Counted from the first letter of the stretch, positions 37,910 through 51,973 are shown. The stretch is 64,000 nt of DNA from Ostrea edulis (GCF_947568905.1 NC_079169.1:25792001-25856000); one strand, 5' to 3'. The notes: generated from the sequence alone by a model not told the origin. A program made the numbers and translations.

Positions 37910-38870
37910 CATTAGTTAGTTTTTTTTTCTCTATTTGGTGGAGTTTTTCTCTCTATTTGATGGTGTTAGGTTTTTTTCTCTATTTGATGATGTTAGATTT
38001 TTTTCTCTATTCACTATTTGATGGTGTTACATGTAGTTCTTTTTCTCTATTCACTATTTGATGGTGTTAAGTTTTTTTCTCTCTATTTGATGATGTTAGA
38101 TTTTTTCTCTATTCACTATTTGATGGTGTTAGTTTTTTTTCACTATTCACTATTTGATGATGTTAGTTTTTTACTCTATTTGATGATGTTAGATTTCTTC
38201 TCTGTTCACTATTTGATGGTTTAGTTCTTTTTCTCTACTTGATGGTGTTAGTTTTTTTTCTCTATTTCATGGTTTAGTTTTTTTCACTATTTGATGGTGT
38301 TAGATTTTTTCTCTATTCACTATTTGATGGTGTTAGTTTTTTTTCTCTCTATTTGATGGTGTTAGTTTTTTACTCTATTTGATGGTGTTCGTTTTTTTTA
38401 CTCTATTTGATAGTGTTCGTTTTTTTCACTATTTGATGGTGTTAGTTTTTTACTCTATTTGATGGTGTTAGTTTTTTTCTCTATTTGATGGTGTTCGTTT
38501 TTTTCACTATTTGATGGTGTTAATTTTTTTCTCTCTCTATTTGATGGTGTTCGTTTTTTTTTCTCTCTATTTGATAGTGTTAGTTTTTTACTCTATTTGA
38601 TGGTGTTAGTTTTTTACTCTATTTGATGGTGTTAGTTTTTTTTCTCTATTTGATGGAGTTAGTTTTTTTTCTCTATTTCATGGTTTAGTTTTTTTTCACT
38701 ATTTGATGGTGTTAGATTTTTTCTCTATTCACTATTTGATGGTGTTAGTTTTTTTTCTTCTCTATTTGATGGTGTTAGTTTTTTTTCTCTATTTGATGGA
38801 GTTAGTTTTTTTTCTCTATTTCATGGTTTAGTTTTTTTCTCTACTTGATGGTGCTTCTACTTGAACGTTG
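37910..38870. repeat. Degenerate T-rich minisatellite
   Basis: About 30 variable-length units of ctctatttgatggtgttag(t)n. Confidence 0.9.
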
Positions 38871-40589
38871 TGTGAGAAGAGTCAATAAAGAAAACCAAAA
38901 TCATTGTATTCATTATAGAAACCAAATATGACACTCTGACATGATGGGTTTGCAATATGAAAAATATTCAAATTGTTCCATCACGTTTGAAAGTGTCAAC
39001 ATCTATATACAGAACCACATGACAGTTTCAAAAAATCTCATCAAAAACTGTAGATTTCCATTTTGTAAAATAATTTATGTGCTAAATGCAACGTCAATCC
39101 CCCTCCCCTCCCCTCACTGATCATTTTGATGTACATGTAGGAGAACCTTAGGTTAGTATGATAAACTATGTACTTGTAAAATAACAATATCTGATAATTT
39201 CGATAGATTATCCATTGGTATTAACGATTACTGATCTGTTTAATGTAAGGTCAGAACTGATTTTCCCATGTATGATTATGACTTTTATGATAGACGTGTG
39301 CAAGCTATTATTAGAAACACCACGGGGGAAGAGGATTTTGTTTACCATACCTAGTATGTACATGTAGTATTAACTATGATTTTTATGTTAAACATGAAAT
39401 TTTAAAAACTCCCCTTCACTCGTCCATCGTTCCAAAAGTCCCCCCCCCTACCCCGCTCCTCGTCTGACTGGGGTTTTTATTTTATGGCGGCGTGTGCTCC
39501 GTCAACAGCTTGCGAGCCATCCCAGGATTCCTATAGCCATTTGAGATTTAGCTTGCGATGTCACGTGATCATGAATATTTTAAAATGGGGTGCTTATCAT
39601 CCTATTAGAATGATAAATAAATAATGAATTAGCTTGATTGCTTTTTAATCCGATCGGGTCAAATGGTATCTTTGCATAAAGTACATAACCTATGACTCCA
39701 CATGAGGATCGATCTACCTTAACATATAGTACAGACACTTTTTATCATCAGCTTTTGCGGCAAAAAATGTACCCTTAGATATATAAGTTCGGTGATATCT
39801 ATATTTCTTCGTCTTCCGCTATATCCGTTTGTTTTTCCATTATGCGTGTTGAAAATTTTCCAAGTTGGTCATCGTTCGTGCACTCCCGTGTAATCACCAG
39901 TACAACTGTTGTCGCAAGAATAACAAAACAGGTTTCTTGTTTGTAGAACATCGTTTTCCGTCGAATAAACTTGATGAATTCTCCTGTTTTCTTTGACTGA
40001 GCGGAAACATTGATCTTGGTAAATAAAGTAGAAAAATAAGACATTTACTCAAGAAATAAATTTTATTTTTGAAAATTCATGAAGGTATGAACTGCGACTC
40101 AATATACTCAAGCATACAATGTGCTTCATGAATAGTACGCCAGCGTATTATGTATTTTCAATCATGAAATTTATATTTTATATTTACATTCTATTTTCAA
40201 GTCTGTCGAAATTCCCATTTGTAAAGATAGACTTACTGTATTTATCAAGATTCACACGTACATTGTTCTGCATCGCATTCATGAGGAGATGGATATCATT
40301 ACAATTGGTAAAGGTATCGAAGGCAAAAACAATCGAAATGAAAATACAATGTATATGTTGATGAAGTAGTTGTGTGAAGCAAAATACTAAGAGTAAACTC
40401 AGAAGAAACCACGTATGTATGGTGTGGAATGCACGAAGAAAAGACAAATCCGCTATTTTCCCACTACATAATGATACACACACGTGATATATTTCTCTCC
40501 TTTTCTGTATTTCTTTTCTTCTAGAGGGGGTTATGTGGAACGCTTTAGAGATGTTGCAGCACACTTCAGAGTCCGGAAGAAATATTTTT

Positions 40590-40944
40590 ACGGTAGCTCA
40601 CTACATCAAAACTTATACATTTTATGACACTACGTCACAAGATGGCGATTCAAATGTTTTGTGAAATTATTTGTATCGATTGATTTGCTTGCACAACTGG
40701 ATAGCTCAGTGGATAAGGTTTCGGATTATTGACCCGCAGATCCCGAGTTCAAATGCACCAGTGTCTTTTGTGTTATCTATCATTGAAATAAAGTTTTTAA
40801 AATCATGGCTTTTCTCAAAAATTGCATTTTTTTAAAAAAAATTTTTTTTTTACATTTGCTTATTACAAATCATCAGATCTTTCATAATTAAATAATATTT
40901 CGTGCTGATTTGATAAACTCATTCAAGGTGTAGTGAGCCACCTT
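40590..40944. mobile_element. MITE with short TIRs and an internal tRNA-like segment
   Basis: ggtagctcactacatc ... gtgtagtgagccacct; internal TAGCTCAGTGG..GTTCAAATG at ~40697-40762. Confidence 0.65.
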
Positions 40945-42173
40945 CAGAGAATCCCAAATATGTATTTGAGCTCACAAATATGTAAATCATTTTCTTAAAT
41001 CTTATAAAGATATAGATATCTGAAATACAACATGCGTCTCTCCCTTTAGCACACCAACTCTTTTGATATCATTTTGCTGTTGTTTCTCTAAACATCTTAA
41101 GTTTCGAGTTTTTGCGAATCATTAGATAAAAAAGTATCACATGTAACAAGCCGACGGATCTCACGTGACAGGGAAAACGGAATGCACATTGCCTTCTTCA
41201 CATTTTTCATAAATCTTATACTGTAGAAACACTGTGACAAAGTATTTGATACACACCTCTCAATATTTCGACACATACACACATTCTTACCATAGTATAC
41301 GGATCCTTGTTATTGTTAAACAAATACCACTCGAAACTTTGTAAATATTCCGGGTAAGGGCCTTTGTTAAGATTGTTACTACATCACAGACAAATAAAAC
41401 ACCAAAATTGTCTACTTCACTAAGTTTCCATGGTCATGCAACAAAGAAATCTCAGTCACGTGGTTTCTGACAATGAAACATTTATAAAATAGTTTGCAAC
41501 ACTGTAATAACTGACGTTCGTTTGATTTAAATCTTTATTGTCCGTTTCATGACCCGGGGCCTGATGTAAACTTGTGACAAGAAAAGGAAATAGACTTCAG
41601 CCTTCTTTTGTTGGTATTTATTACCTTGATTTTATTTCCACCCAGTCAACAGTATTCATAAAGAAATTGCTAAGAGGGAAGACAAGATCAAGATCCAGTC
41701 ATAACATTGTTAAGATGCATTATGCTAATCTGAAGATGCATTTCATATTCAATTTCCTTACGGCACTGGTCAAAATAAATTTAGCATGAATCCCTCTATA
41801 CCTGAAAAGGCTTGTTTCCTGGAATAATTGTTGAGAAAGGAATATGATATTAATACTTTCTAATAACTGGCCTAAACTGCAATTCTTGTGTTATACTATA
41901 ATTATATGCTCTAAAAGAAAAGTCTTGAATTAATAACTTTACTTCAGGAACTTCACAGATTATACAAATTTGTAAGAACTTCATAAAGACTAACACAATA
42001 ACGTTATATCAATCTATTTTAGAATATCAATTGTGTAAATGATGTTTTTCTCTTGGATTACATTGCATTTTGTTTTAATTTATTTGTAATTCTTTGATAA
42101 ATTTCTTTACTATAATTACATTGTGACCTTGTACTTGTGGGAAATACTTCTACATAGGTTATGTTTATAGTTC

Positions 42174-42524
42174 AATCCATTTATTATGCTTTATAATAAA
42201 CAGGTCTTGTATAATCCATTTATTATGCTTTATAATAAACAGGTCTTGTATAATCCATTTATTATGCTTTATAATAAACAGGTCTTGTATAATCCATTTA
42301 TTGTGCTTTATAATAAACAGGTCTTGTATAATCCATTTATTGTGCTTTATAATAAACAGGTCTTGTATAATCCATTTATTATGCTTTATAATAAACAGGT
42401 CTTGTATAATCCATTTATTATGCTTTATAATAAACAGGTCTTGTATAATCCATTTATTATGCTTTATAATAAACAGGTCTTGTATAATCCATTTATTATG
42501 CTTTATAATAAACAGATCTTGTAT
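42174..42524. repeat. 39-bp minisatellite, 9 copies
   Basis: aatccatttattatgctttataataaacaggtcttgtat x9, nearly identical. Confidence 0.95.
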
Positions 42525-43105
42525 AAGATATATAATCCTATACGTCCACTGTTTTCGTACCGCCGTAATATAAACAACCATGCTATTTCTTTATGATTTA
42601 CGCTAAAATTTATTGCGACAGATAACTATAGGTTTTTAATTCATTTGAACTGAACACGAAAACAATGAAGCTTTGGAGGTGTAATAACACGCTTCAGGGT
42701 CTGCATTCATGTCTGTGTTTTTACTATGATTATCTTTTTCGGGTTTTTATTTACACCCTGCACGATGTATTTAACTTATAATGTTACAGTATTTTAGATG
42801 AGTAAAGTCGGACCCCAACCCCGGCAACTGCCTTATGAATTATGCTACACAAAATTAATTTAGATCTAGACTATAATATATTTGAAGGGAAAAACAACAT
42901 ATTTCCCACTACACTTGTCTCAAGATGTACCTTCAAATGTATCAAGTTCCCATTCGAATGAATGAAAACTCCCAAGGTGACCTATGCTATTGGTCTGCGT
43001 CCATCGTTGTTCATCGTCTGTTAACGATTTAAAACATTTTTATCCCTACCCTTCCAATTCCCAAATTTTGTATAAAGCAAAGTTGGGACAAGAAGGACAT
43101 ACATT

Positions 43106-43238
43106 GTGAATTCCAGGACTCTTGCACTGTTAGAGGCGGTGAATTCCAGGACTCTTGCACTGTTAGAGGCGGTGAATTCCAGGACTCTTGCACTGTTAGA
43201 GGCGGTGGAATTCCAGGACTCTTGCACTGTTAGAGGCG
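43106..43238. repeat. 33-bp tandem repeat, 4 copies, within a HINE unit
   Basis: gtgaattccaggactcttgcactgttagaggcg x4. Confidence 0.95.
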
Positions 43239-44439
43239 GTGCAATAACTCAAAAATCGACCAATTTTCTCAAAATAATCTTCCTCTCTACAACTGCACAC
43301 CTGTAAGCTTATTGACTGTTGTTGTTTATTAGTCAAAAGCAAATACAGCTTATAGACATAGTATACAATGTAATAAATCTAAAATCATATATACTTATGA
43401 ATATCGGTAGTCATGTAAAGTGGGAAGACCTTTACTAAAATTGTAAATTTTATGATCCCCCAGAGGTGAGGGTTTTGGTACCAGGGTGAGGCCAGAATGG
43501 TCATCGTGATTAAATGTCTTATCATTTAAAATACCTCTTTAAACCCATAAATATGTAACTTGGGTAAATTTATTAAAAATTACATTGAAATTAGAAATAC
43601 CAATGTATAAGCACGATTTCTATTTGTACTTGACCTTTATATAATTATAGATTTATTACATTGTATACTTTATCTATAACATGTATTTGTTTTTGACCAA
43701 TAAACAACAATAACCCAAGAGGTAGAGATTTAAAGTCAATGGCGGTTCATTATGGTCAAATACTGTCAATGTCCATGATATATAATAAACTTCTATAATC
43801 TTACTGACACTAGATAAAAGTACAATGAATATTTAAGAGGAACAGAAGCTGTTATATATAACTGGTCTCTGTCCACAGTCATTGTGAATTTCAAGTTCCC
43901 GGGGATAAGAGCTCTGACTCTAAGGCGGGGTCCAAATGGTAATATGATATACAAAATTTTTGAAAAGTTGGTGCTGATATTGCATGAATACTAAATGAAT
44001 TTTGAAAGAAGATCTGGAAGGCCTCTACCCAAATGTGTTTTTTCCCCTTCTTTTAACAGGAGTTGACTCTGAGGCAAGCCCAAAATGGTTGTAATAGTTT
44101 TGAGTGTTTCCTTGTTTACTTGCGCTAATGTTGAATAAGAGCTGAAAGCATATTTACCAAAAGCGTGAAGGCTTCTACTAAATTGTAAATTTCAGGATCC
44201 CTAGGGTTAGGGTTCTGACTCTAGGGTGTGTTCAAAGTAGCCATACGGTGTTAATGTATCATATTATGTAAAGTCTTTCATCAGCGTGGGCACTTTCGGA
44301 GGCATTTGTGTTTTAAGACCACATCTTGTTTTTTACTGCTACTGAATAATAGAATTTAACTTAGGTATGCGGAACAGGAAAATTAATATAGAATTCATAA
44401 CCATTGGGGCTGGAGATACCTTTGATTAATACGCGGTGA

Positions 44440-45150
44440 TCATAGATGCAGAACTGTAGCTCTCTGAAAAAAATATTGGGACAAATCAGAGAGCTACAGA
44501 TCCACCCCTTATCAAAACCTTCAATTTACTGCACAGAAAAACATGCGCACAGTTAAGGCCTTGTTGCTGCATTGTCTCATAAATTCAATATAAAAAATTC
44601 CTAACATATTTTCCACTATTCCTGTGTCCCAACATACATTCAAATTTTCATTAAAACTCCTTACGTACACTGTATTACATTTCGGAATATGATATCGAAT
44701 AAATAAAATATTGTTTAACCAAGAGTAGTTATTTTTTACTTCCTTTTTCATACATTGTTATTCCTTTGCTTAAAAACTGATGACGTCTACAATATTATTT
44801 GTGTCTTAAAGAGGCTCGCACCTGAAATTTGTAATAATGTAAATTTTTGGGAAGTGTATCTTGGGTTTGTACATTGATGGAGAATTAGGAAATTAAAAAG
44901 AAAAGTTGGGGTCATAATGCTTCTTATTGAGTACCTGCAGAACTATAGCTCTCGAAGAAAATATTTGGAGAGATCAGAGAGCTACAGATCCACCCCTTAT
45001 AAAAACCTTCGATTTACGGCGCACAAAAAGCTGCGCACGGTTGAGGCCTGATATCGTTGTATTCTTGTGAAGTCATCTCATAAATTTAAATCATGTATTT
45101 AAAAAATCTAATATATTTTCCTACTATACTTGTGTCCAAACATACCCTTC
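44440..45150. repeat. Diverged direct duplication (~490 bp spacing)
   Basis: gcagaactgtagctctc..cagagagctacagatccaccccttat at ~44448 and ~44937. Confidence 0.75.
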
Positions 45151-45163
45151 AAATATTCAAAGA

Positions 45164-45349
45164 AATGACATCAATATTCCTGATTTGCCCGCCATGTCCC
45201 CAGACCTTAATCTGATTGAACATGTTTAGGACGAGCTTGGTAGACGTGTGTGCAGCCGCCAGCCTAAGAATCCACAAGAACTGAGAAGGGATTTGTTTAT
45301 AGAGTGGCAGAATATTCCTCAAAGAACCATTCGAAACTTTTGTCAGTCA
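45164..45349 (+). pseudogene. Tc1/mariner transposase C-terminal fragment
   Basis: PAMSPDLNLIEHV*DELGRRV..PKNPQELRRDLFIEWQNIPQ matches the Tc1 SPDLNPIE.W motif. Confidence 0.85.
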
Positions 45350-45477
45350 AATGAACCAAACCAGAATTTTTGCCCATTCCTACCACCTTTGATCTCATTT
45401 GTAGACTCTCAAAGAATATCCATAGCGTTTATTTATCAAAGATCATATATCGGAAATATGCGTTTCAAATTAATAAA

Positions 45478-46623
45478 ATAAATAAAGTGCACCGCCACGG
45501 CACATGATACGCCCGTCACATATTGTTAACATGAACATATTACCATGAAGAGATAGGTATGCATGGAGCCAAATGTCAACCTTCCTTTAAGAATCTTACC
45601 CACTTTATGGCCTCATGTGACATTGCTTCAAATATTGCATAGTACATTCATTTATTTTTCAACTGGTTGTTTTCTGTTTACACAAATGCCCAATCTAAAG
45701 CCTGTATATGTATTATATTGCCACAGCCTAATAAATTAAACATCAAAATGCTAATCATTAAAATGTCCTATATATATATTGCAACCATCTGTTATCTTAA
45801 TCAGAAATGACACTCTGCATATCGGTTGCTTAGAAAAAGAATTAAAAATTATATTATACAATGTTGAAATTAATTTTGACATTCTAATATGAAATTCATT
45901 TCGAAAATATAGACTGGCCACCAAGAACAAATTTGAAAGAATACCAATATATCAACAGTTATTAAGAGGCTTAATTAATAAACTTCCTCTGCCCAATTCC
46001 TTAGAGATGTAGATAACACCTGCTTGATCAGAGATGCTCTACCAGAAATGATTAAGACAGTCTCCTTACACTAAACTCATTAATTAATCTTATCAAAATG
46101 CTCTTTGCATGCTACTCCCATGGGACAAGTGGAATTTCTCTTGTTATTGTTAGAAACAAAAGAAACATTATATATACTAAAAAAAGCTGCACAGTATATC
46201 ATACAAAATATGTGTTTTTTTAATGCAACATTTTTGAATAAGCAACAGTATAGATTGTACCCATTAAAACATTTTTTTTATATCACCTTAATTAAATGTC
46301 ACAGTGACCTTAAAGTAGGATGCGACACACCTTCTACCTAAGATGCATTAGTTGACCAATTTTGGTGATTCTAGGTCTAATAGTTTTCAAGTTATGAGCC
46401 GGACAAGTTTTTGCCATATATGGCCATATCTTCTTATTGAAAAGTCACAGTGACCTGGTTTTAATGTGCGACACACCTTCTACCCAAGATGTATCTACAG
46501 ACAAAGTTTGATGATTCTAGGCCTTGTAGTATTTAAGTTACGGGTCGGACACGAAAAAGCTAACAGACGGACGGACATGAACGCCATACCATAATACGTC
46601 CCGTCTTAAGACGGGCGTATAAT
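45478..46623 (+). mobile_element. HINE with subterminal inverted repeats and 3' hairpin
   Basis: ATACGCCCGTC (45507-17) and GACGGGCGTAT (46610-20); hairpin cgtcccgtcttaagacgggcg; gacggacggac microsatellite. Confidence 0.8.
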
Positions 46624-47279
46624 AATCAGACAAAAAAGAAATGCCCAGTGTTGCGTTAATAAAGCCTCTCAGTTTATTACTAACGTTTCCGTTATGGTTC
46701 GAAAGGACGTCGACCATTATTACGATGGTATTCATCCTTAATTCAATTGATGCAGTCGCCTGTATTATGGAAACCAATACCAACAGACCAAACAAAGGAA
46801 TAGCCTGGAGCAGATTTTTCTCGCAATGCACAGACAGGTAAATGCCCCTCTGTTAAGTAGTCGATAGGCAGAGAGAGGTGTATATACCTTGGTTTAAATC
46901 CTTTCCTCAGCTCTATATAGTTGTTTTCATTCATCCATAAAAATTATTGCAACCGTCAACATAAGTGAAGACTAAACAGTGGATAGTTGGTTAGGCGTAC
47001 GATTGTTCATATTCATACACGCATTGTTAGCTTAACAAACATGATATAAGAAGCCCCCACAACTTTCTTAGTAACAAAACCACTTCTGCATTATGCAGAC
47101 TGCATTTTAATGGAGAGTAAAAAACAAGAATTGTTTGTAAAGCAATAGTCCCTCTCCTCCCTTAAAATAACAGTATACAGAAGCACACCTGACAAATTAA
47201 GAAATATGTATGGTGGGAAAGAAAAACGGACTTGGAAGGAATACTACACCAAATAGATTTATTATGGGTGAAAATTGGG

Positions 47280-47534
47280 AGATGTGTACAACACTATTTT
47301 AAAAGTAAAAACTTCAAATTTACTTTACTTAGTCAAAAAATGCAATTTTAGTAGAAATTGATATGGAAAAAAATTGAAAACTCCTGCTGGACTCGAACTC
47401 ACGACCTACTAGATTCGTAGACGACTCGTTAGCCTGTTGAGCTACTATTGGATAGACAAATATTTGCCGATATTTATATTTATGTTATAGAAGGAAGACC
47501 GCCATTATGACGATGTACATGTAGTATACCCCCT
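47280..47534. mobile_element. Kolobok-like MITE part carrying a tRNA-like segment
   Basis: Homologous to 33700-34013; reverse strand TAGCTCAACAGG..GTTCGAGTCC. Confidence 0.55.
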
Positions 47535-49389
47535 TCTCAGTGGGTGTTCCGAGTAACATAACAAGTAATAACAGCATATTCAAAAATCGTTTGTTTAGTA
47601 CATAAACAGCGTACCACGTGGGGAAATACGTCAACATACAAGTGACTAAGCAATTTTTATTCGCTAGTTGTGTATCACCTCGGCACAGGTGAAAGATGCA
47701 CTTACATCATTTGCAGTTTGGACTTGATATGTCGACATTGATATGATAAATCAAAAAAGTGATTCGGACCGGTATAATATCCTCTCATATTTAGCAATTT
47801 CCATAATCTCGATTCAAATGTTGGGCATTTCCCACATTCACTGCCAATTCTTATCTACACGAGGCAAAAAATCCTACCTTGCGTATCAAAATCCTAAATC
47901 TGCAACTAGTTACCTTTTGGAATATGTCTTGATTAAAATAATATATTGTCATCTTTTACCTGTCCCAAGTCGATATGTGCACACGATTGACTTCTAAAGA
48001 TATATCCATATCAGGGAAAGATTCTCGATCGCGACGTTAAACAATATACAAACAATCAATCTTTATTCTAAATGACCATGCACATGGAGGCGATTTCAAG
48101 GTCGCAATGTATCATAAATATTACTGTAGCGCACACTACATATAAAAACAGGAGACTTAATTGAAAAAGAATCATTTGACAAACAGATTTGCACATATAC
48201 AGTTTGAACACTGCATAACAGTATTAAATAACGAGAAAATATTCTGACATTAAACTATCGGCATGTATGTCGTTACGTACTTTTATATTGTGACGTCATA
48301 TAGTGTGATTTGGTTGGTTGTATATTGTTTATCGTCCCATGCGAAAAATGTTTACTCATATGGAGATGTCACCATCATTCGGCAGATTCCGGTAGCCTTC
48401 GGTACCCTACATCTAGCCTCGGATGTATGACAGTAAGTGATATGTAGCTACGCCTAACATTTGCAATGCGGTCGTCTATTTACTCCTTCGGAAAAACTTC
48501 CACTTTCAGAATGTAGTGATCAAAATGGTTTGGGTTTTTTTTTTAAAAAAATTATGGAGTTTTCCTTAGAAAACTGCTCTCTATTTCAAGAAGAAGAAAA
48601 AAAAATCTCAAAGAGAAATAGTTATAAAAATATGTTAAAATGGACTGTATTTCGTGGGAGCTGTCAGTAGTTCCAGTTGATCAAAGACGTTAAACATGTT
48701 ATACGTCACTGTATACGTGCTATATGGCGGAAAACATCATATATCGGAGGTGAGATGGAATCGACCGAGGTGATCCGAGTGCCATTGCCAGTGTGAAGTG
48801 CATTGAGGTACATTTCGTGATTTTTGTTTTAACTTTACTCGGGACACTTTAACCCCATTGTGTTAATGAGGGCATTGCTTTGCAATACACAACATATGGG
48901 AAAAGCATATGTGTGCAACCTGTTTGACCTGGTAAAGACATAATCACATTGGACATACTGACCCGCCGAACAATTCGGATCACGTGTACGTTGAATCAAT
49001 TATGCAATGTAACAAGTGCTTTTTTCAGTTACCCATCGCATGAGATCCATTACACAAATATGCCTGCACTGTAAGGCAACAATCCAACCAAACTTTATTT
49101 GCAGGGAGTTTCGAGTAGATCTTCACTATATGCCTCTTAAGCCCCACCCTTAGGCCTGAATCTTGACTAATGTTAACAAAAAACACGAGGACAAACTCAA
49201 AATGAAAAAACCTGTTTCAAAAATTAAAGTTTTAACGTACATGTAGAATATCAAAGGGTAATCAGAGCTCCTGTCATTAATTCTACAGTGGCAAGGACCT
49301 TACTTCATCTTGTTATTAGTATCTGACAATCAGATTTAATCGTCAATGGGCGTTTCATTTTACGGGGGGATGAATTACAACACGTTTCA

Positions 49390-49906
49390 TTGATTTTGGT
49401 ATACCTATTGTATTTTGTCCAGCTGTCTCCGTGTGTCGATATCATTCTCTTAACATCGTTTTCAGTGCGTGTCTTTTCTCTTTCGATGATTCCTTTGTTT
49501 TGGTGTCGTTTTCATTTGAAAGTGTTCAATTTGTTCCGATATATCTACTTTTTTTTTATCTTTGTCATGATCGACGATCTCTATCAGTCACCAAATTTTA
49601 CCCGTCTGTTTTTTAGGGGGAGACAAAATTCCATGATATGGAGACCAGGCAGTTTGAGCATGGGTGACGCCATTACTGTATATAATCGATACGAAGCAAG
49701 TATGAATGACGCGCTTTGATAGGGTGGCAAGGAAAGCCAAGCCACTGAGCGTTTATGAAATCGGACTAAATCTGCCATGGAGGAGATGGCAGTACGCAAT
49801 TTACACCTGGCATGCGGAGATGATTACAAATATACACCCGTTTTCTGTAAACTGTTCGGTACATTTTCCCTGTATGATCTATTTACCTGTAGCTCTAAAC
49901 CCCTGA
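49390..49906 (+). pseudogene. Possible decayed rhodopsin-family GPCR fragment (TM1-TM4)
   Basis: Hydrophobic ORF ending ..IFVMIDDL..W, then (frameshift) GDQAV*..FDRVARKAKPL..IYTW..P. Motif spacings are imperfect. Confidence 0.35.
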
Positions 49907-51834
49907 CACAGGGGTAATGACTTTAACAATAGCAATTAAGAGCTTCTGTTTTTCATTTTAATCTTAACTATGCAACCACATTGTCTGCTAAATTTTCGGC
50001 TATGAAAGGTATTTACAAAAATATGCATATTATCACTATATGATGTTTTGTGTCCTCCCTAGGGCATGAACATCACAGATTTCACAAAATTGATAGAGAC
50101 GTCCGTGCATTATGTAAATGTCTGCTAAGTGTTCTGGTGTAGAGATGGTAATTTTAAAGTTACTTTTTCAGAGTTTGCCCTATCTTAATACTCGGGAACA
50201 TCAATTTTGCATAGCAAATGAACCGCTACCTATGTTAAATACCCTAGGTTTATCACGGCGCTGGGACCGAGAATCAAACCCAGAACCTCCAGGTTCCGAA
50301 GTCACCAGATGTTATAAATATCGGTTAAAAATACGTGATGTAGTCATCAAGCCTGTGTGTAAGTGATTACCATATGTTGCAAACATGTTAAAATGCACAG
50401 TATCATCATTTCTATCTAAATATATACCCTACCCTCACCGTAATGGGAATATTTCAGGGGAAATTGATGGTGAAAGATATATTATGCTTCTTGACAGTTA
50501 TGTGTGACACAATAACCATTTTCCTCTCTCATTTCCTTTGCTTGAACTTTGAACCCGGAATTGATATAGATCTACATGTATAGGTCATCTCTAGTGGGTA
50601 ATTGTCGTGTGAAATTTCCCGATTTCAAGTGGATAGGGAAACGACTGCAGTAAGCTCTAAAACCTCTTTTATATCAGTCCGCTTTCCTTGACCTTTGACA
50701 CTAAAATTGATGGAGATCATTTTTCTCTTTGTGAAGTGAGGTGACTTCGGTTGGAAAGCAAAATCACGGAAAGCTCGAAAACCGCTTTCCAGCATCAGAG
50801 TCATATACGCTTGATATTTGTATCCCAAAATCAATAGGGATCAAACACATTCCGTGTCTTGTCCATGGATGAATTACAGTGACTCTAGGTGAAAGGAAAA
50901 ATCACTTTTGGCCCGGAAACCGTTTTTCTATATCCGAGTACAGTTCTCTTGATATTTTGACCCGAAATCAATAAGCATCATCATCATTCCATGGTTAGTC
51001 ATTTCAGGTGAAAAGAAAAATATAGTTGAGAGTCGTTTACCTACATGTATGCAAATGTCCCATTTTAATGACCTAAGACCCCCAAATGGATTGGGATAGT
51101 CCCTTGGGGAATCTGTGTGTGAAGAATAGAAATACAAGATGTGTACAGAGACGGATGACCTGATTTCAGTGTAACCTCGCAAACTTTCTTTGTAAATAAT
51201 GTCATTCTCAAGCCTGTACACAATTAGGGTACTCTTTTTGTCATTTCGTTTTTCGTCATTTCAGAGAGAAATTGTGATTAAAAAGATTCTCGAATAAGGC
51301 GTAAATCAACGAACACATTATTCTAAAACAAATTAAATATGAAAAGACACCAAGCAGTGGCAATACAGTAAATTAGCACCTCGTTAGCAGGAAGGTTGTA
51401 ACAGTCTTGATGGCCGATTTTCTTTTGTACTTAAAGCAGAGAGAAGGAAATTACCTAGTGTTCACAGACACGGTTAAATAATCCCGAATTTAAAAACGTA
51501 CAATTCTTTCTATATATTAAGGCATCTTTTGAAATGTTTTTAGTTTTTTTGGTCTTTAATATATGCTAAAATATATACGCAAATGGTCTGATATTCGGTA
51601 TTCTAAAAGTACAAAGCTACATGTTTATACTGTAGTACGCGATTCCCCCGACTCGAAGAGGGATCGATTGTTACAAGCAGTATAGAGAGAAGCACGGAAT
51701 ATTCCACAACATTGCTTGACAAAGCGTGAATTCATTTCAAGTGGAACATTCAGTATCACTTAGAAGAAAAACGCCTTATATCATTAACAATTTTCTACTG
51801 AATGAAATATTCCCTTTACAAAATGGATACTCAC

Positions 51835-51973
51835 AGTATTCTATCGACGAAGTAGGTCCTCATTGACAGATGATAACCGTCGGTAGCCGCCAGTTGTGCG
51901 ACTATTGATCGGCCATGAAAATTGTAGTCTGCCAAGAAATATTCCCTTACTGGCAATTTGGACACCCGAGCAC
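51835..51973 (-). CDS. Candidate exon of an unknown gene
   Basis: Acceptor ctcctctattacag, donor gtgagt, open frame (G)ARVSKLPVREYFLADYNFHGRSIVAQLAATDGYHLSMRTYFVDRI, phase 1-2. Confidence 0.4.

Noticed and set aside
37731-38870. CRISPR-like or hydrophobic repeat ORFs
   Set aside because: Eukaryotic context; degenerate tandem minisatellite with no unique spacers and no cas genes.
42165-42596. Three overlapping repetitive ORFs
   Set aside because: Artifact of a 39-bp (13-codon) tandem repeat that lacks stops in several frames.
43021-43306. ORFs with repeated NSRTLALLEAV / SARVLEFTASN
   Set aside because: Translation of the 33-bp tandem repeat.
49860-49875. ttttccctgta as the missing right CACTA end
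   Set aside because: Ends TGTA rather than TGTG and lacks the subterminal motif array.
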